The notes below the pieces were generated by a model. It had not been told where the DNA came from. It was given only the letters and a program-made list of their open reading frames with translations, and did no database searches. From Nageia nagi (lineage: Eukaryota; Plantae; Pinophyta): a stretch of 64,000 bases of DNA. The position numbers and the translations under genes were made by a program. The stretch lies in assembly GCA_050084985.1 (NCBI GenBank), contig JBITNC010000002.1:29140001-29204000 (forward strand), given 5' to 3'. The first letter of the stretch is position 1, and the number at the start of each line of letters is the position of its first letter. This document shows, piece after piece, positions 1-13,173 of the stretch.

Positions 1-120
1 TACAAGACAAAAAGCTGAGTTTTCACCACAAGTAACAGGAGTTGATGTCCTCCAGCAAATTCTTTTAAATTATCTTCAGGAGGTCGGATGTGCAGATGAT
101 GCTTCCACTTTTGCTCGACG
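1..120 (+). CDS. SCC2: SCC2/Nipped-B-like cohesin loader, window exon 1 (5'-truncated by window edge)
   Basis: Frame from nt 2 reads TRQKAEFSPQVTGVDVLQQILLNYLQEVGCADDASTFAR, matching the plant SCC2 QQxLLNYLQ..ADD motif; GT donor at 121 (phase 2). Confidence 0.88.
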
Positions 121-207
121 GTGTGTTTACTTCATAGAGCATGTATGTCTTGTTTTAATTTTTATGTTTGTCTTCCTTCTTGGAAATAAACAAACAATTT
201 GTTTCAG

Positions 208-418
208 GTTTTACTTATGTCAGTGGTATAGAGATGATCCAAATGCATCGCAGATGCTTCCATATTACCATGGAAGATGGAACTCAAAATCTCCAGTACA
301 AGATTTTGGAGTTGGTACTGTACCTCTCTCTAGGAACACTGTTACAGAAATATCAGCAGCATTAGGTCAACAGAGATCTCCTGCTCGCGGATTTGATAAA
401 ATACTTGTTGCATTGCTG
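208..418 (+). CDS. SCC2: SCC2 exon 2
   Basis: tttcag acceptor; FYLCQWYRDDP...LGQQRSPARGFDKILVALL; GT at 419. Confidence 0.92.
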
Positions 419-536
419 GTATACTCCCTGAACTATTTGATCTGTTAGTGTCCATTATGTTTTTGCATTTTTCTCAATATTTCTGATGAATGCCATTTTC
501 CATGGGTGAAATACATCATTTTTATTTGTGTCACAG

Positions 537-587
537 GCCAGCTTACAAGAGAATTCACCAACCCCTCGTGCTAAGGCATTACGAGCT
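537..587 (+). CDS. SCC2: SCC2 exon 3
   Basis: cacag/gtaagt boundaries; 51 nt; ASLQENSPTPRAKALRA (start of cohesin HEAT region). Confidence 0.93.
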
Positions 588-689
588 GTAAGTGATTCCT
601 GTACTCCAAAAAGTTGTGATGTGACAGGACATTTTTTTTTGCAATCTTCTGAGAATTGTGTTTAATTAGATTCACTTCGGGTGTCTTAG

Positions 690-848
690 GTTAGTGCAAT
701 TGTCGAAGTAGATCCTGGAGTGTTAGGTGACAGACGTGTTCAGTCTGCAGTAGAGGGCAGATTTCTTGACTCTGCTATTTCGGTGAGGGAAGCTGCCATG
801 GAGCTTGTTGGTCGACATATTGCCTCTCGGCCTGATGTGGCTGTTCAG
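690..848 (+). CDS. SCC2: SCC2 exon 4
   Basis: [53 protein letters not shown], a hallmark Scc2/NIPBL HEAT motif; 159 nt, phase 0/0. Confidence 0.95.
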
Positions 849-967
849 GTAACTGTTGACTTTATCACAGAATCTCTATTCGTTCAATGAACATTATGGC
901 TTTGTTTTTGAATCTGCTAAAGATTTTTTAATTTTAGTTTATCTAACTTCTATCTTAATTGTTTCAG

Positions 968-1135
968 TATTTCGATAAAGTCGCAGAAAGAATTATGGAC
1001 ACAGGAGTAAGTGTTCGGAAGCGTGTTGTTAAGATTATTCGGGACATGTGCATGTCAAAATGTGAGTTCAAAGAGGCCACTAATGCATGTATTCGCATGA
1101 TCTCTCGTATTAATGATGAAGAACTGAGTATACAG
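968..1135 (+). CDS. SCC2: SCC2 exon 5
   Basis: [28 protein letters not shown]...[10 protein letters not shown]; AG/GT boundaries. Confidence 0.95.
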
Positions 1136-1726
1136 GTATGCCATTTCAATGTGGTTATCGAATTACTTCTTGGTAAGGTCAGTGAAACAAATTGTTTAGA
1201 TCTGTGATCAGAACCAAAACATGTCAAAAGAAATAATATTTTTGCATTGTATGACATCAATCTGCATAACTTGAGCTTTAGCATAATTTTGATCATTATG
1301 AAAAAAGCAAGTTAAGAAATATGTTAAACAATTATTCATGATGGTTATCCTTGTTGGCTTCTTGCCCCACTACCTCAAGCTGAAAAGTTTTGCTTCTTTT
1401 TCAGGTTTTGTGTTTATTTTACTTACAAGTAGTTTTCTACTTTGTTTCTGAAAATTCTTACTATATGCCATATGCTCTTCTGATCCTCATCAGATATTTT
1501 TTCCATTTAATGCTTGTTGCATTTCTGTTGTTGCAAGTGAAGTTCCTATTTTTTCAATTTGATAATGTTCTAGAAAGTTTGTGTAAAGCAGTGGTACTCT
1601 GTTGGTTCGAACTTCGAAGAAGCAAATACTGGGGTTATTTTGGTTCCTTGTAAAGGATCTTTCATGGTAGGAGAGTCCGAGTCCCTTTCTGTTTGAATGT
1701 AACTCAGCTTTATGCATTTGTTGCAG

Positions 1727-2026
1727 GATCTTGTCTGCAGGACCTTCTATGAATTATGGTTTGAAGATTCTTTTGATATACAGAGTCGTTATGCTAGTGA
1801 TGGAAGCAATATACCACTAGAAATAGCAGAGAAATCTGAACAGTTAGTTGATGTGCTGAGAAGTTTGAACAGCTATCAAGCACTGGTTACCATCATCAAG
1901 CGAAGTTTAGCTTTAGACTTTACCACTCAGACTGCAAAGAGTATTGGCACAAATGCAGTTCAACAGGCTGCAGTACGGAAGCGTTGCGAACTCATGTGCC
2001 AGTGCTTATTAGAAAGAATTTTGCAG
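1727..2026 (+). CDS. SCC2: SCC2 exon 6
   Basis: DLVCRTFYELWFE...RKRCELMCQCLLERILQ; 300 nt; tgcag/gtac boundaries. Confidence 0.95.
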
Positions 2027-2139
2027 GTACTGGGTTAGATGATGGAAGTCTTTAAATCTGTAATGCAGTTCAATGCAATTCAGATGCTTTAAAGGAGAAT
2101 ATCATTTAAGTTAAATTTTTACGTTTACGATTTTGTCAG

Positions 2140-2292
2140 GCAGAAGAGGCAAACAATGAAGGGTCGGAAATTCAATCGCTCCCATATGTTCTCGCATTAC
2201 ATGCATTTTGTATGGTGGACCCAACATTATGTGCTCCCTCATCTGACCCTTCACGTTTTGTGATCACTCTTCAGCCATATCTCAAGACTCAG
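2140..2292 (+). CDS. SCC2: SCC2 exon 7
   Basis: [51 protein letters not shown]; 153 nt. Confidence 0.94.
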
Positions 2293-2550
2293 GTATCTTT
2301 TTATATTTAATAAAGTAATGCAGGAATGGACATAACAGATTCAAATGGCATGGGTTCAACATTTGTGTATGGATGGATAAATAAAATTATTACATGGCTT
2401 TTTAATCTAGATGTGCTACTTAATATTTCCCAAGAAAAATCAGTTGACCTGATTCCCCTCTTATTAATTATGCGTTATTTCATTTCATTTCATCACTTCT
2501 ATAATATATGGTGTGGTTTGTTAAAAAATTGTGTTTGCTCTATTCAACAG

Positions 2551-2720
2551 GCTGATAATCGAGATGCAGCTCAGTTGCTGCAGAGCATAGTTTTTGTCAT
2601 TGACACAGTCCTCCCTTTGCTTCGGAGGCCCCCTCAGAATCTAGTGGAAGAATTGGAACGGGACTTGAAGCAAATGATAGTTCGCTACTCTTTTCACACA
2701 GTTGTGCATGCTTGCATAAA
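2551..2720 (+). CDS. SCC2: SCC2 exon 8
   Basis: [56 protein letters not shown]; gtgagt donor (phase 2). Confidence 0.94.
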
Positions 2721-4160
2721 GTGAGTCATTATCCCTTGCAGTTTCTTTTAAATAACTTGTGACATGTTTTGTCTTTGAATTTATATTTGGCCTGCCTATA
2801 CTTGCTGTTTATTTCTGGAAATTGCTAAGGAATAGTTTGGCAATTCATTGCTTGCAAAATATATACATTTTAAGTTTGTTCTCATTTCCTTTGCATATTG
2901 CTAATAAACACTAACTTTTGACCAAAACACACAACACTCAAAAACCACTGAGCATCTTCAAAAGTTGTAGGACACAACTGTGTAGAATCAAAGGAGCATG
3001 TTGAACCTCTTATCTGTTGGAGATGAAAAAATTTGGATTTCTTATACCATATAGAAATCTCCATAGAATAAAAAATAATTATTTATTTTTCATCCACATC
3101 AAGAAAGCTAAAAAACAATGTAGAACTCCATAATTGAAAGCTTTTCATGAGGATGAAGTTATCGACACTTCTACCAGGTTCAAAGAGAAAGGCACTCTGA
3201 AGTTGATTCACTGATGGAGGAATATTGTTTCCACCATAGTTAAGCACTCCATCTTTGAACATGTCCATAAGTGCCAGAAGTTGCCAAGCACTCCTCTCCT
3301 CAAGTCATTGCATCACGGTCATGATGATAAAGTCCTTAATGTCCCATGCGCTTGAACATGGACATGAACATCTTGCATAATTCTCCAAGAACTGCAATTT
3401 GATGATAAAGAGGTCCTTGGGCTCAAGAGAAGAATATTAGTCCGCAATCATCACTATTCATTACCAATAAAATCAGAAAGCAATGAATAAAGAAATTGAT
3501 TAAAAGTAGGATAGCCCAAACTTCGCTTAGAATGTTATGAAGGTGAATTAAGGCTCAGAATACAATGGCAATGTTGATGCTGCTGTTGACTGCTGAAATG
3601 CTTCCCATGGACTCTTATTCAAAGCACTAACCAAGACACATTCCTACAGTAATACCTAGAGTAGGAACCTATAATGAGATTACTTAACTGAACAATAGAA
3701 TTTTAACTGCCTCTAAATTCTAGGGCCTAAAATGCTAGTACTGAGAAATATGAATCTGAACTGAGGATATAAAATCTATCTAAATGATAAGTAAAAAGCC
3801 CATTTTTGATCTAGAGGCTGGAAAATATACCAGATTCCCCTCTGATAGATATTGATTTAATGAGTTGAGTGTTTCACATATCATAATTGTTCCAATCTTG
3901 AGTGGTGCAAACTTGTCTATTGTAGCCTCCAAAATAGGTTGGAGAGAATCTTTTATAACCTTATAATGCATTCATCTCAACATAAATTTCAAAGGCATGT
4001 CCATAGGCTGGTTATGTCTTGCTTTTGCAGTGATAAATTCAGTTTTCTTAACTATGAAATTGGCTAGTTCTATGTCAAATATCGTACTGTGAAACTTGGT
4101 ATATTTAGTTTTGTTGGTTGCTTTTAACTGTAATATAATCATATGACATTTGTTATGCAG

Positions 4161-4281
4161 GTGTCTTTGTTCTCTGTGTAAAGTTGTTCCAAGGGGTCTG
4201 AGCTCATTTGAGTATCTTGTTCGGAGATTTTTTAAGCAGTTAGAAATTTACAAAGCACGGTTAGAGCCTAAAGATAAACTG
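4161..4281 (+). CDS. SCC2: SCC2 exon 9
   Basis: tgcag acceptor; completes K, then CLCSLCKVVPRGLSSFEYLVRRFFKQLEIYKARLEPKDKL; gtgaga donor. Confidence 0.9.
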
Positions 4282-6802
4282 GTGAGACTTTTGTAAACTG
4301 AAACTTGAATCATGTTTACTAGATATGCAATCTTTCTGTTTGTGTGTCTTTTTCTCTCTCTCTATTTCTCTATATAAATAGAGAATGAAGAACACTTAAA
4401 GAAACATATACCGCTATTATGTAAGAGAAGAGAATGTTACGCCAAATAAACACATGATTTTTATGGAACTCGCTCCCTACAAAAGCAATCACCTGAACGT
4501 CAGAGTTAATGGGTAAGGAATCATCATTACTGACATCATACTTTAAGATTCAACAAGACAATCCATTTCCTGTTTTGGTTGTTTCAGTTCTACAGGGTTA
4601 AAATGCCCCTCCTAAATTTTACTTTAAATCTTGACATCCATAGTAAGTTTTAGGCAGACTTCTGACCCATCTCATTGCGGATAGTAAATGTAGTTTCTCC
4701 ATATATTCAAGCACAAAACACACAATAAGAACTAAATATATGAAATCATAACATTATTAATCTCTGATCTGAATTTGTTAATGATCCAACTAATAGAAAC
4801 AACAGAATAGTATACTAGTTATATCAAAATAGAAGAACTAAAGAGCAATAGAAGAATAATATCACTTTATAATATCAAATGAAGAGATGCTTGCAATAGC
4901 CAAATCCAGAATATTGTTGAATAGAAGTCCAAAGATGACAGCTGACACCACTTTGAGGGGGTGAACCTCCTAGCCATTTTAAGGGGCAACTCCAATAATT
5001 ACGATTAAGCAATGAAAATATGATTTTCCAGTGATTGTCATGAGACTTTCATGTGCACCTATTTATACAATATTATTTTTAATAATGGTATGGACTCTTT
5101 CGAGATATTGTGAGGTTTCCCTACAATGATCTTGATTGTGAACATGCTTTTTGGATAGTTTATCATGCTCTTTCCACTTCTCCAAAATCTTTGAAGTTAT
5201 CTCATGTTTCCAAATTTTGGCTTGTTCTTGAAGACTTTCAATATATTTTTCTTGGCTTTTGCTCTTCTGTTGAACCACTCTAACAAATGATACCTAGTCC
5301 TCATCTTCAGTCTTGTATTTATAAATTTGCTATGATGCCTTGCTTAGAGGTTTATTATCATGAACTTGAACACTTCGCATAGTGCCCATGTGATAATCAT
5401 TTTCTTCTTTTTTCTAATGCTTCCTTGATGGATGTCTTTGTATTTCTTGAAAACTTTTTTCATTTTTGGAGGTAAAAATAGCGTTGCCCTTGTACAATAA
5501 GAAAATTAGTTTGTTGATACCTACACACCAAAATTTTTGATTTCCCTCATATCTATGAGATCTCAATAGTCGCACAAGTAGCAATCCTTTCTAAAATTAA
5601 TGAGAGATGGTGCATAAGTGATATACTTGTGTTTCCATAGAATGTTCTAAATGAAAGTGTCTTCCTTTTCCTTTTTATGGGAAAATAATCGTCTTCTAGA
5701 ACCTTCACAACATCCTTCCGGATCCACATAAGATGATATATTCACACCCAATAGAGAACCATCTCTATAATCTAAGAAAATACTAGGATCACCTTGAAAT
5801 CTTTCTTTAACATGTCCAAATGATATGAGACAAGAGCAAGTGAATAATACAAATCATGACAAAAAGCATGAGAAACAATATGTTCATCAACATGAATACC
5901 ATAACAAGATTTTTAAGCATTAGGATATATAACCATAGCATACACCTGGATACGAACAAGAAAAATATCCCAACTAGTATTATCCATGCGCACATAAGTA
6001 ATATAACAAAGGGTTTCATCACAAGAATCCTCATGAATTATATTCTCAACTTTATCAACATCAATAGGAATAAAATTTCTATGTTCAATGAAGTGAAGCA
6101 CATCATAAAGAACATTTGCTCGGATATTCCTATGCTCCAAATTGTAAGGAAAAGCAATATTTTTACGAACCTTATCCTAGACATCTATAATTTGATAATA
6201 ATATAATGCTTCTTTTCCAAGATGAACGGAAGATTCAAATGTAGTGCTTTCATCTAGAACTTATACCTGTTTTGTCCATTTTACCATTTAGTAAAATTAC
6301 CTTATGAGTAGTTTCGATTTCTCTACCAATTGGAGGAGTAGCCATGTGTGACTGTTTACTAAGATCATCAATTGAATTCTCCATGTGCTTAAAGGAATTA
6401 GTTTCAAATGCACCATACACAGAATCATCCTTTTTACCATAATAATCATCATAATTAAATGGTGAATAGTGTAGATGGAGAGTAGATTGATCCTCAGTCG
6501 AAGCCTCATCAATACATGCATTACCAACATTGATACCGCCTTTTTTTATTGCATGAACCCATGGAATCATGTTGAATAAAGTAGTTTTCCATGAAAGTTT
6601 CGGAGAGGGGGACAATAGGGTTTAGGGGAATGTGTTTTGGAAACAATTTGGATTTGATTGGATTTTAGGTTTGGCTGGGAAATGACAGATTTTTATTTAG
6701 GTGTGTAAAATCCTTCATAATTGAAATCATCATACCATTTGTTCTTACAAGCCATGATATCGAATCCCAAATGTTTTTCTCCCTTAGATCTATGATAAAT
6801 AA

Positions 6803-7563
6803 CTAAGTTACCGGGTTCACCTATGGGGGCCTTGCCCTGGGTTGGTGTTCGGTTCGCCTATGGGTTTGTTTAGGGTTCATAAAAATCCTCACCGGTTCAC
6901 CCTAGGAGAACATAGAGAGAACTCAGACAAAACCCAAGGAGGAAAGGGAGATATTTTACACTTTTTTTATGTTTTTTACTTTTTTTTTATTTGACTTTGA
7001 CCAATTCCATGTTGTAAACCCTAAAATTTACCTCTAAAGCACATGAAATTTCTAAACTACTTGAACAAAGGAAGTTGAAGAGTGATCCTTGAAGCTTCTA
7101 CAAGGATTATATTGCCATTCCTACTCATTTGCAAGTGTTCATTGCCTACCAAGAAGATCATCTAATATTTCTACTCATTTGCATTGGTTGTGGTTCATCT
7201 AATACTCCTGCATCATCTAATGTCAATGATGATGATGACATTGCTGATTTAGAAAATCCTCTTGATGATTAAACTAGTTGAACTTGATATTATTATTTTA
7301 ATATTAAACTTCAAGTTTAAACGATGAATTATTTAATATTTATCATGCATGTATGGTGTTTTAAATAACATTCAAGTTTATGGTTGTTTATATGATGCTA
7401 TGTGATACTCTAATCTTAATTTCATGCTTCTATGCTGCACATATATAAAAATTTATGATTTTTACATTTTTTTGTATGGACGAACCCAAAGGAACCGAAC
7501 CCTCCAAAAAACAATTTAGCCAAACCGGTGTACCGGATCCCAGAACCGGAACCGGTAACTTAA
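6803..7563. mobile_element. Non-autonomous hAT DNA transposon (deletion derivative)
   Basis: TIRs CTAAGTTACCGG / CCGGTAACTTAA; perfect 8-bp TSD ATAAATAA (6795-6802, 7564-7571); subterminal GGTTC/GAACC repeats. Confidence 0.88.
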
Positions 7564-8412
7564 ATAAATAACTATACCTTAGCAAATTTTTGTTTATTTG
7601 ATGAATACTACAATGTGATCAAAGACTGCAATCAAAATTTTAGATAATTCACACTTTCGCTATTGTTAATCCCCTAGAATGTACTTAGATAATTGACACT
7701 TTTTCTATCTTTAATTCCCAAGAATGTACTTAATTCAAAAAAATATGATGTAATGCAACTTGGGGGTTTGAAAATGTAATAATGTTTTTGAAATAAATCA
7801 GAATAAGTTGAAGTTTTGCATATAGTTCTTTTGGCTAGGTTTTTACTATGAACCATTTTTTTTGAAAAGTGTAGTCTTGTTGTAGAGGAAGTAAATTTGG
7901 TGTCCATATTGACACCCAAATTCTAAAATTGCAATAACTACCTAAAAATATATCAGGAGCTGAAATTTTGAATGTAGGGTACTTGCTTGAATTTTGGTTA
8001 TTTCACCAAAAATTTCTATTGCCTTTGTAGCTTAAAGGCACACCTAATCCCCTGGACATTGTGAAATGGAAAAATTCATGGTCATAAGAGGAGCTGCGAG
8101 AGTAGCATCACCTTTGACTGCTCTTGCTGTTCGTTTTCTTTACGAATGCTTGGATATGTTAATCCTCATTTTTCTTTTTTTCCAGTGTGTAGAAATGCTT
8201 ATGATTGTTAAATTAATATGCAGAGTTTTGTTTCTTTTCAAAATATTTTGTTCATAGCATTGAGAGGTGTGCATCATATGCATTCTTTTGTTCTTTTTTG
8301 ATATCTATTTTAAGTTCTCACCAATTCTGTTAAATTCCAATCATTTACAAACTAAAGGATGTTTTGTGTCAACATTTATCTTATTTCTTCTTGGCCAAAT
8401 ATATGATGCATT

Positions 8413-9027
8413 CAGAGTTGTAAAACTTGGATTGGAATCTGATTAAATCGCCAAAAATCGGAATCAGGAAAGGAAACGATTCGATTCAAATTGGATCCGA
8501 CTTTTTGCAGAAGGATTTTTTCCGATTCCGATTCCAATTTTTTTGTCCTGAAAATCGGGATTTTTTAGCAAAAACATGGCCAACGTTTTTTTAAGGATTT
8601 TTTTGGATTTTAAGGGTTGTTTTAGGGTTTTTTAGGAGTAGCACTAGATGAATGTTTTGATTCAGATTTTGTTATTTTTTAGCAGTAGCACTGGATGTTT
8701 TGAATCTTTTGATTCAGATTTTGTTATGTCACATTAGTAACCTTTAATGTTATTTGGTCCTTGACACTGGACATTCGATATGTAATAGTTAATACAAAAC
8801 TCTACAATTTCTTTGATATGCAATGTTGGATATTTTATGTTATCCTATATGGAATGTTGTCTATTTTATATGTAATGTTGAGATATAGCTAAAACTGATT
8901 TGTTTCAATGTCAAATAGGAGAAATTCCTTCATTTTTTCTTTATGCAGATATTTTTGCTGATTTTTTGAAAAAATCTGAATCCTGCAGCCAAACAATTCT
9001 GATCCGATTTTGATTTTTACAACTATG
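8413..9027. mobile_element. Non-autonomous hAT element (MITE-like)
   Basis: TIRs CAGAGTTGTAAAA / TTTTACAACTATG; 8-bp TSD GATGCATT vs GATTCATT (7/8); subterminal CCGATT repeats. Confidence 0.85.
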
Positions 9028-9101
9028 GATTCATTAGCTTTTGAATATAAACTATCCCAAGCCATCTTATTAGTTGATACTCAGTGACATAATATTCTCA
9101 C

Positions 9102-10511
9102 CTAAGTTACATGGAGTTTTGGGGAAGAGGGGGGGATCGTGTTTTGGGGATGGATGGATGGAAACCGCAGATGAAAATATATAGAAAAAATTAAAATATA
9201 GAAAAATTAAACTTACGAAGTTGGAACTTCAAATTAAAACATTTATAATATTAAATATTATAGTTTAATTGTTTTTTTTTTCAAATATTAAATATTTAAA
9301 AATTCAAAATATTAAAACATTAAAATATTAATATTAATATGGGGGGTGGTCGCCTGAGCGTGTGGTTATAAGCGACTCTCTCCTCTTGAATTCAATGCAA
9401 GACTGACTATTTGAGGCGAGAGGAGTAACGTGCAACAAGGATTGGTTGCTCATGTGGCGAATTTCTAGTCACGAGTGAAGATGTTTTCAGGTCAGGAACT
9501 GATACGATCTTTTGAACCCCATGCCCTAATTCACGTAGAGGGTGGGAAGATGCAGGCGATGAGATGGTAATGCGTTTTCAAACAATGAAGAATGATGATG
9601 CCCTAGTTCGTCTGTTTGATGTATGTGAAGATAAAGCGAAATTTTCTTAGTAAATATGACCATAGAAGTATGTGAAGAAGATTGAAGATATTATTGCATG
9701 GAGGTGTTTGTATATTCTTTGGTGTTGCAGATATGATTTTCTCTTGGCAGGTCAAGGGCGCGTGCAGCACTAGGGTTCCTGTTGTTGAGCCAGTATCCAT
9801 TTGGCAAGGTTGTGTCTTCTTAGGATTGATAGATGACCAACAATTCCTACCCTGAAGTGCGCTCAATACCAGCCTGAGATTTCCATTTACAACATCTGAA
9901 GGAAGTACAGGTACAAAAAGGATTCAGAAAACTGTTCAAGAGATGTAATTTGATTTCAGTAAAAGAGTTGTTATAGGGAAGTATGAGACGGTAGCAACTG
10001 TAGCAAAATAGAGTTGTATAAGAATAATAAATGGCTGCATCTGTGCTACAGATAGGCAATGGCTGGGTAGTTAGACGATGGTCATCTATAAATTTGTAAC
10101 AGGTTCCGAGATCTTGTTAAAAACCTGCATTTTTTGATAATATAATTTAACTTTATTATTAAAAAAATGAATATTAATATTAAAACATTTAAAATATTAA
10201 ATTATTAAATATTTGTTTAATTTTAAATTTGAAAGATTAATATTAAACATCAAAACATTTAATATATTTATTATTAAAACATTAAATATGAAACATAAAA
10301 TTTATGTTTTATTTTTATAAATTTCTGTTCCTGCCATGACAGTCGACAGACACATTTGGCAGCTCCTGGCCATCCTCAGGATATCTTTGTTTTGGCTGGC
10401 TGAATGGGGGACGGCCCTAGTTTTGGCTGGTTGTCCCGGGGAAAGCTCAGGCTGGGTGTCTCCAGCCGGGTATAGCCCCAAAGGCTGGGGGACACTTTCC
10501 CTGCAACATTG
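9102..10511. mobile_element. Probable non-autonomous hAT element with GC-richer internal cargo
   Basis: Imperfect TIRs CTAAGTTACATGGA vs rc CAATGTTGCAGGGA (10/14); flanks ATTCTCAC / ATTTTCAT (6/8); G-rich subterminal blocks and AT-rich spacers on both sides. Confidence 0.6.
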
Positions 10512-10920
10512 ATTTTCATTGATTTGAGGTCTTTGAATTTCAGCTTTGTAAATATTTCAATCGTCAAAGAAACAGTTTACCTATATGTATTTTTAATGGG
10601 CAATATAATACGACTCTGAGGCAGATGTATCTCTATATTTATTTTCTTGTTATGGGGAAGAGGAAACAACAGTGCATATTTTTTGGAATTGCCAATCCGT
10701 AGGGCTTTTCAGGGCATGGATGGAGAAAAAAGTCAATTATCTATCTGCCATACTGTTAAAGATAGTTGTCATATGCCAAGGCTGGCTTCTATTGATTATT
10801 TTGGAAGAAAATATATATGTAAACCTTTGGTGAGGCTAGTACTCCAATTTGCTTAGGAATGGGATATCTTTAAAATGGATTTGGATATGTATATTGAAAT
10901 GAAGTTCAATTGTTTTCTAA

Positions 10921-11773
10921 CAGGATTCCACGGGGGCGTTTTTCGTCCGCCTAGAGGAGGTATTCCCCCATTTTGAGAATGCAGGAATGCTTGGGGAACG
11001 TTTTCTGGGTGTTAGCTGTTTTTCAGGAACCGCTCAGATGTTCCTGAAAATGCTCTAGGGAAGTGGACGTTCCTTCCCTGTGCCCCCATTGGGAATGCCT
11101 GGCTGTTCTCGAAAGTGGCTAGCCGCTCCTCAACTACTCCTAGGAATGATCAGGTGTTTCCCTTGGTTTGGGTGGCCAACATGGAAAAAAACTCTCTTTA
11201 AAATTAAAAAATAAAGTGAAAAATTAGATGGGGTGGGTCCCACCAATGCCCCCACCCTTGAAACCCTAAAAATGACATTATAAACGTATGCAAACCTACA
11301 AAACATTTTATTTTTACTAACCCAAAAATTCTTTGACACAAGCCATGAAGAAAGACAGCAGTAAGGAGGAGAAATACAACAGCCTACTGAGCTAATAAAG
11401 ATAGTTTTATTGTATTTAGTTTTACTGGTTTACTATTTAGTTTTACTGTTTTACTATTTAGTTTTATTGTTTTACTACTATGATTTCAGACTTCAGTATT
11501 CTGTATTTCTTATTTCAGATCTATCATTGTGTACTAGACTGATTCAGATATAATGACATTATGTATTATGATCATTGGTTATGGTTCATTTTGATATTCT
11601 GATTCATACTTGATCTCTAATTTCAGATCCAAGTTTTATATACATGATTATATTGATAATAATAATGAAATTTCAAAAATTTGAAAATTCCAGAAATATT
11701 TACTAGTATTATACTTGCCATTCCCTGTTCTTTAGAACTTTTTCCCCTGTTGCCAAGGCCTTGTGGAATCATG
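10921..11773. mobile_element. Non-autonomous hAT-like element
   Basis: TIRs CAGGATTCCAC / GTGGAATCATG; GTTCC/GGAAC subterminal repeats; TSD degenerate (gttttctaa vs gtttttag); internal ~21-bp tandem repeat at ~11403-11480. Confidence 0.65.
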
Positions 11774-11931
11774 GTTTTTAGAAAGATGTAAATGTGTGAT
11801 TTGCATGAATAATAGTATTGTACATGATATCAAGACAATGACATGAAATGGTGGGCTTCTTTGCTAATCAAGACCTTTTCATTTACATATTAAATCATGG
11901 GCTTAATTCTTTTTCCATTGAGCTTCAACTT

Positions 11932-12692
11932 TATAATGTGCCAATTAAGATATATAAACCCTAGCTATTAATTTCACAACTACAAATGCTAAATTACTCA
12001 GTAAAATATATATGAGACCCAAAAAACTCTACACATATATTGTATTGAATCACAAAATCATGGGATAACACAAGATCAAGCCTCCTAGAGGCCAACGTCA
12101 TCCTTCTAGGGTTACAAGAGTCTGAAACACACCAAAACACTGCTAAACTATAATACTACAAATACCATGCTGCTATTCACTGACTTTTCTACACTGCCAA
12201 ATGCTGAAATTGTCCAAATCACATTGCACACAAACACTGAAACCCTAGCTGCTAACTCCATTGAAGCTCTGTAACAATAACAAACCCTAGGTAGATTTGC
12301 CTCCCAAATCCAATCAAATAGCAAGGGCCATCACTTGTCTATCTTATTAGGACTTCCTTAAGAGAGGGATCATCACCAATCCTCAGAAAGAATGAACAAG
12401 GATCAGCCTTGTCTCAATGGAACCATGGAAGGAATATAAAATGACATAATAACAAATGCAATGATATCCCAAATGTGTGAAGCCAATCTTTTTATATAGC
12501 CCCAATGTTATAATTTTGCATTGAGTGGAGTCCACAACTTAAGCTCCATAAAGTCACTTAATAAAAATAAAAAAATATCATCATAAAATAATGTAAGGGT
12601 CCTAGCCACATTGTCTACCCCTTGCATAAGTCCTTAGGAACATTTTAAATGTTCTAAACTCTTTTTTAAAAATAAAAGTTGGGGACATTACA
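11932..12692 (-). mobile_element. Solo LTR
   Basis: Inverted termini TATAATGTGCC ... GGGACATTACA (one TG mutated to TA); exact 5-bp TSD AACTT (11927-11931, 12693-12697); TATA-like CTATATAAAA on the minus strand near 12490-12500. Confidence 0.85.
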
Positions 12693-13173
12693 AACTTGGA
12701 AGTTGGAACAGAAATGTTTAAACATGCAACACCGTGTCTTTTAAAGCAAAACTGATTTTGTGGATTTCATTGCATCCAGATTTACTGGATAATAAAGAAG
12801 CAACACTATTATGGTGAATAAACGGGCATCCAATTAGTGAACAACCTTTAAGTGAGCAATCAGTTCTACTTATCAATGCCCTGATGCCAAACAGCTGCTT
12901 ACTTGGAAACTTCGTGAAACTGTAAGACATATTTGTGCATGGCCACTATATACCACCTTAAGAAAGCATATGCCCATCATTGCTAACAGAAGCATTGTGA
13001 AAATCAAGTTTTATAAGGGGAAAGGTTCAAATACTGATTTGCTATTTTATGTTTGGGATATTTTGAATGGAACTTGCACTTTCAAAGAGCATGGTTTTGC
13101 CGTGAAATTGATAAAAGAACTCTAGTTGACCACAGTAAAAATTTATTTTTGGCACGTTCTTGATCTTTTGCAG

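Noticed and set aside
964-1296. 110-aa minus-strand ORF (also 14797-15024 and 34512-34844)
   Set aside because: Antisense shadows of SCC2 exons or the 3' UTR.
2293-2550. Possible U12-type intron (donor GTATCTTTT)
   Set aside because: The donor deviates from GTATCCTT and no TCCTTAAC-type branch point lies near the acceptor; treated as U2.
2880-4060. Short minus-strand ORFs in intron 8 as a nested gene
   Set aside because: Interrupted by stops with no recognisable domain; probably a decayed retroelement piece.
4676-6800. Ile/Asn/Met-rich ORFs at 5807-6615
   Set aside because: Compositionally biased frames on both strands, typical of decayed repeat sequence; no family could be assigned.
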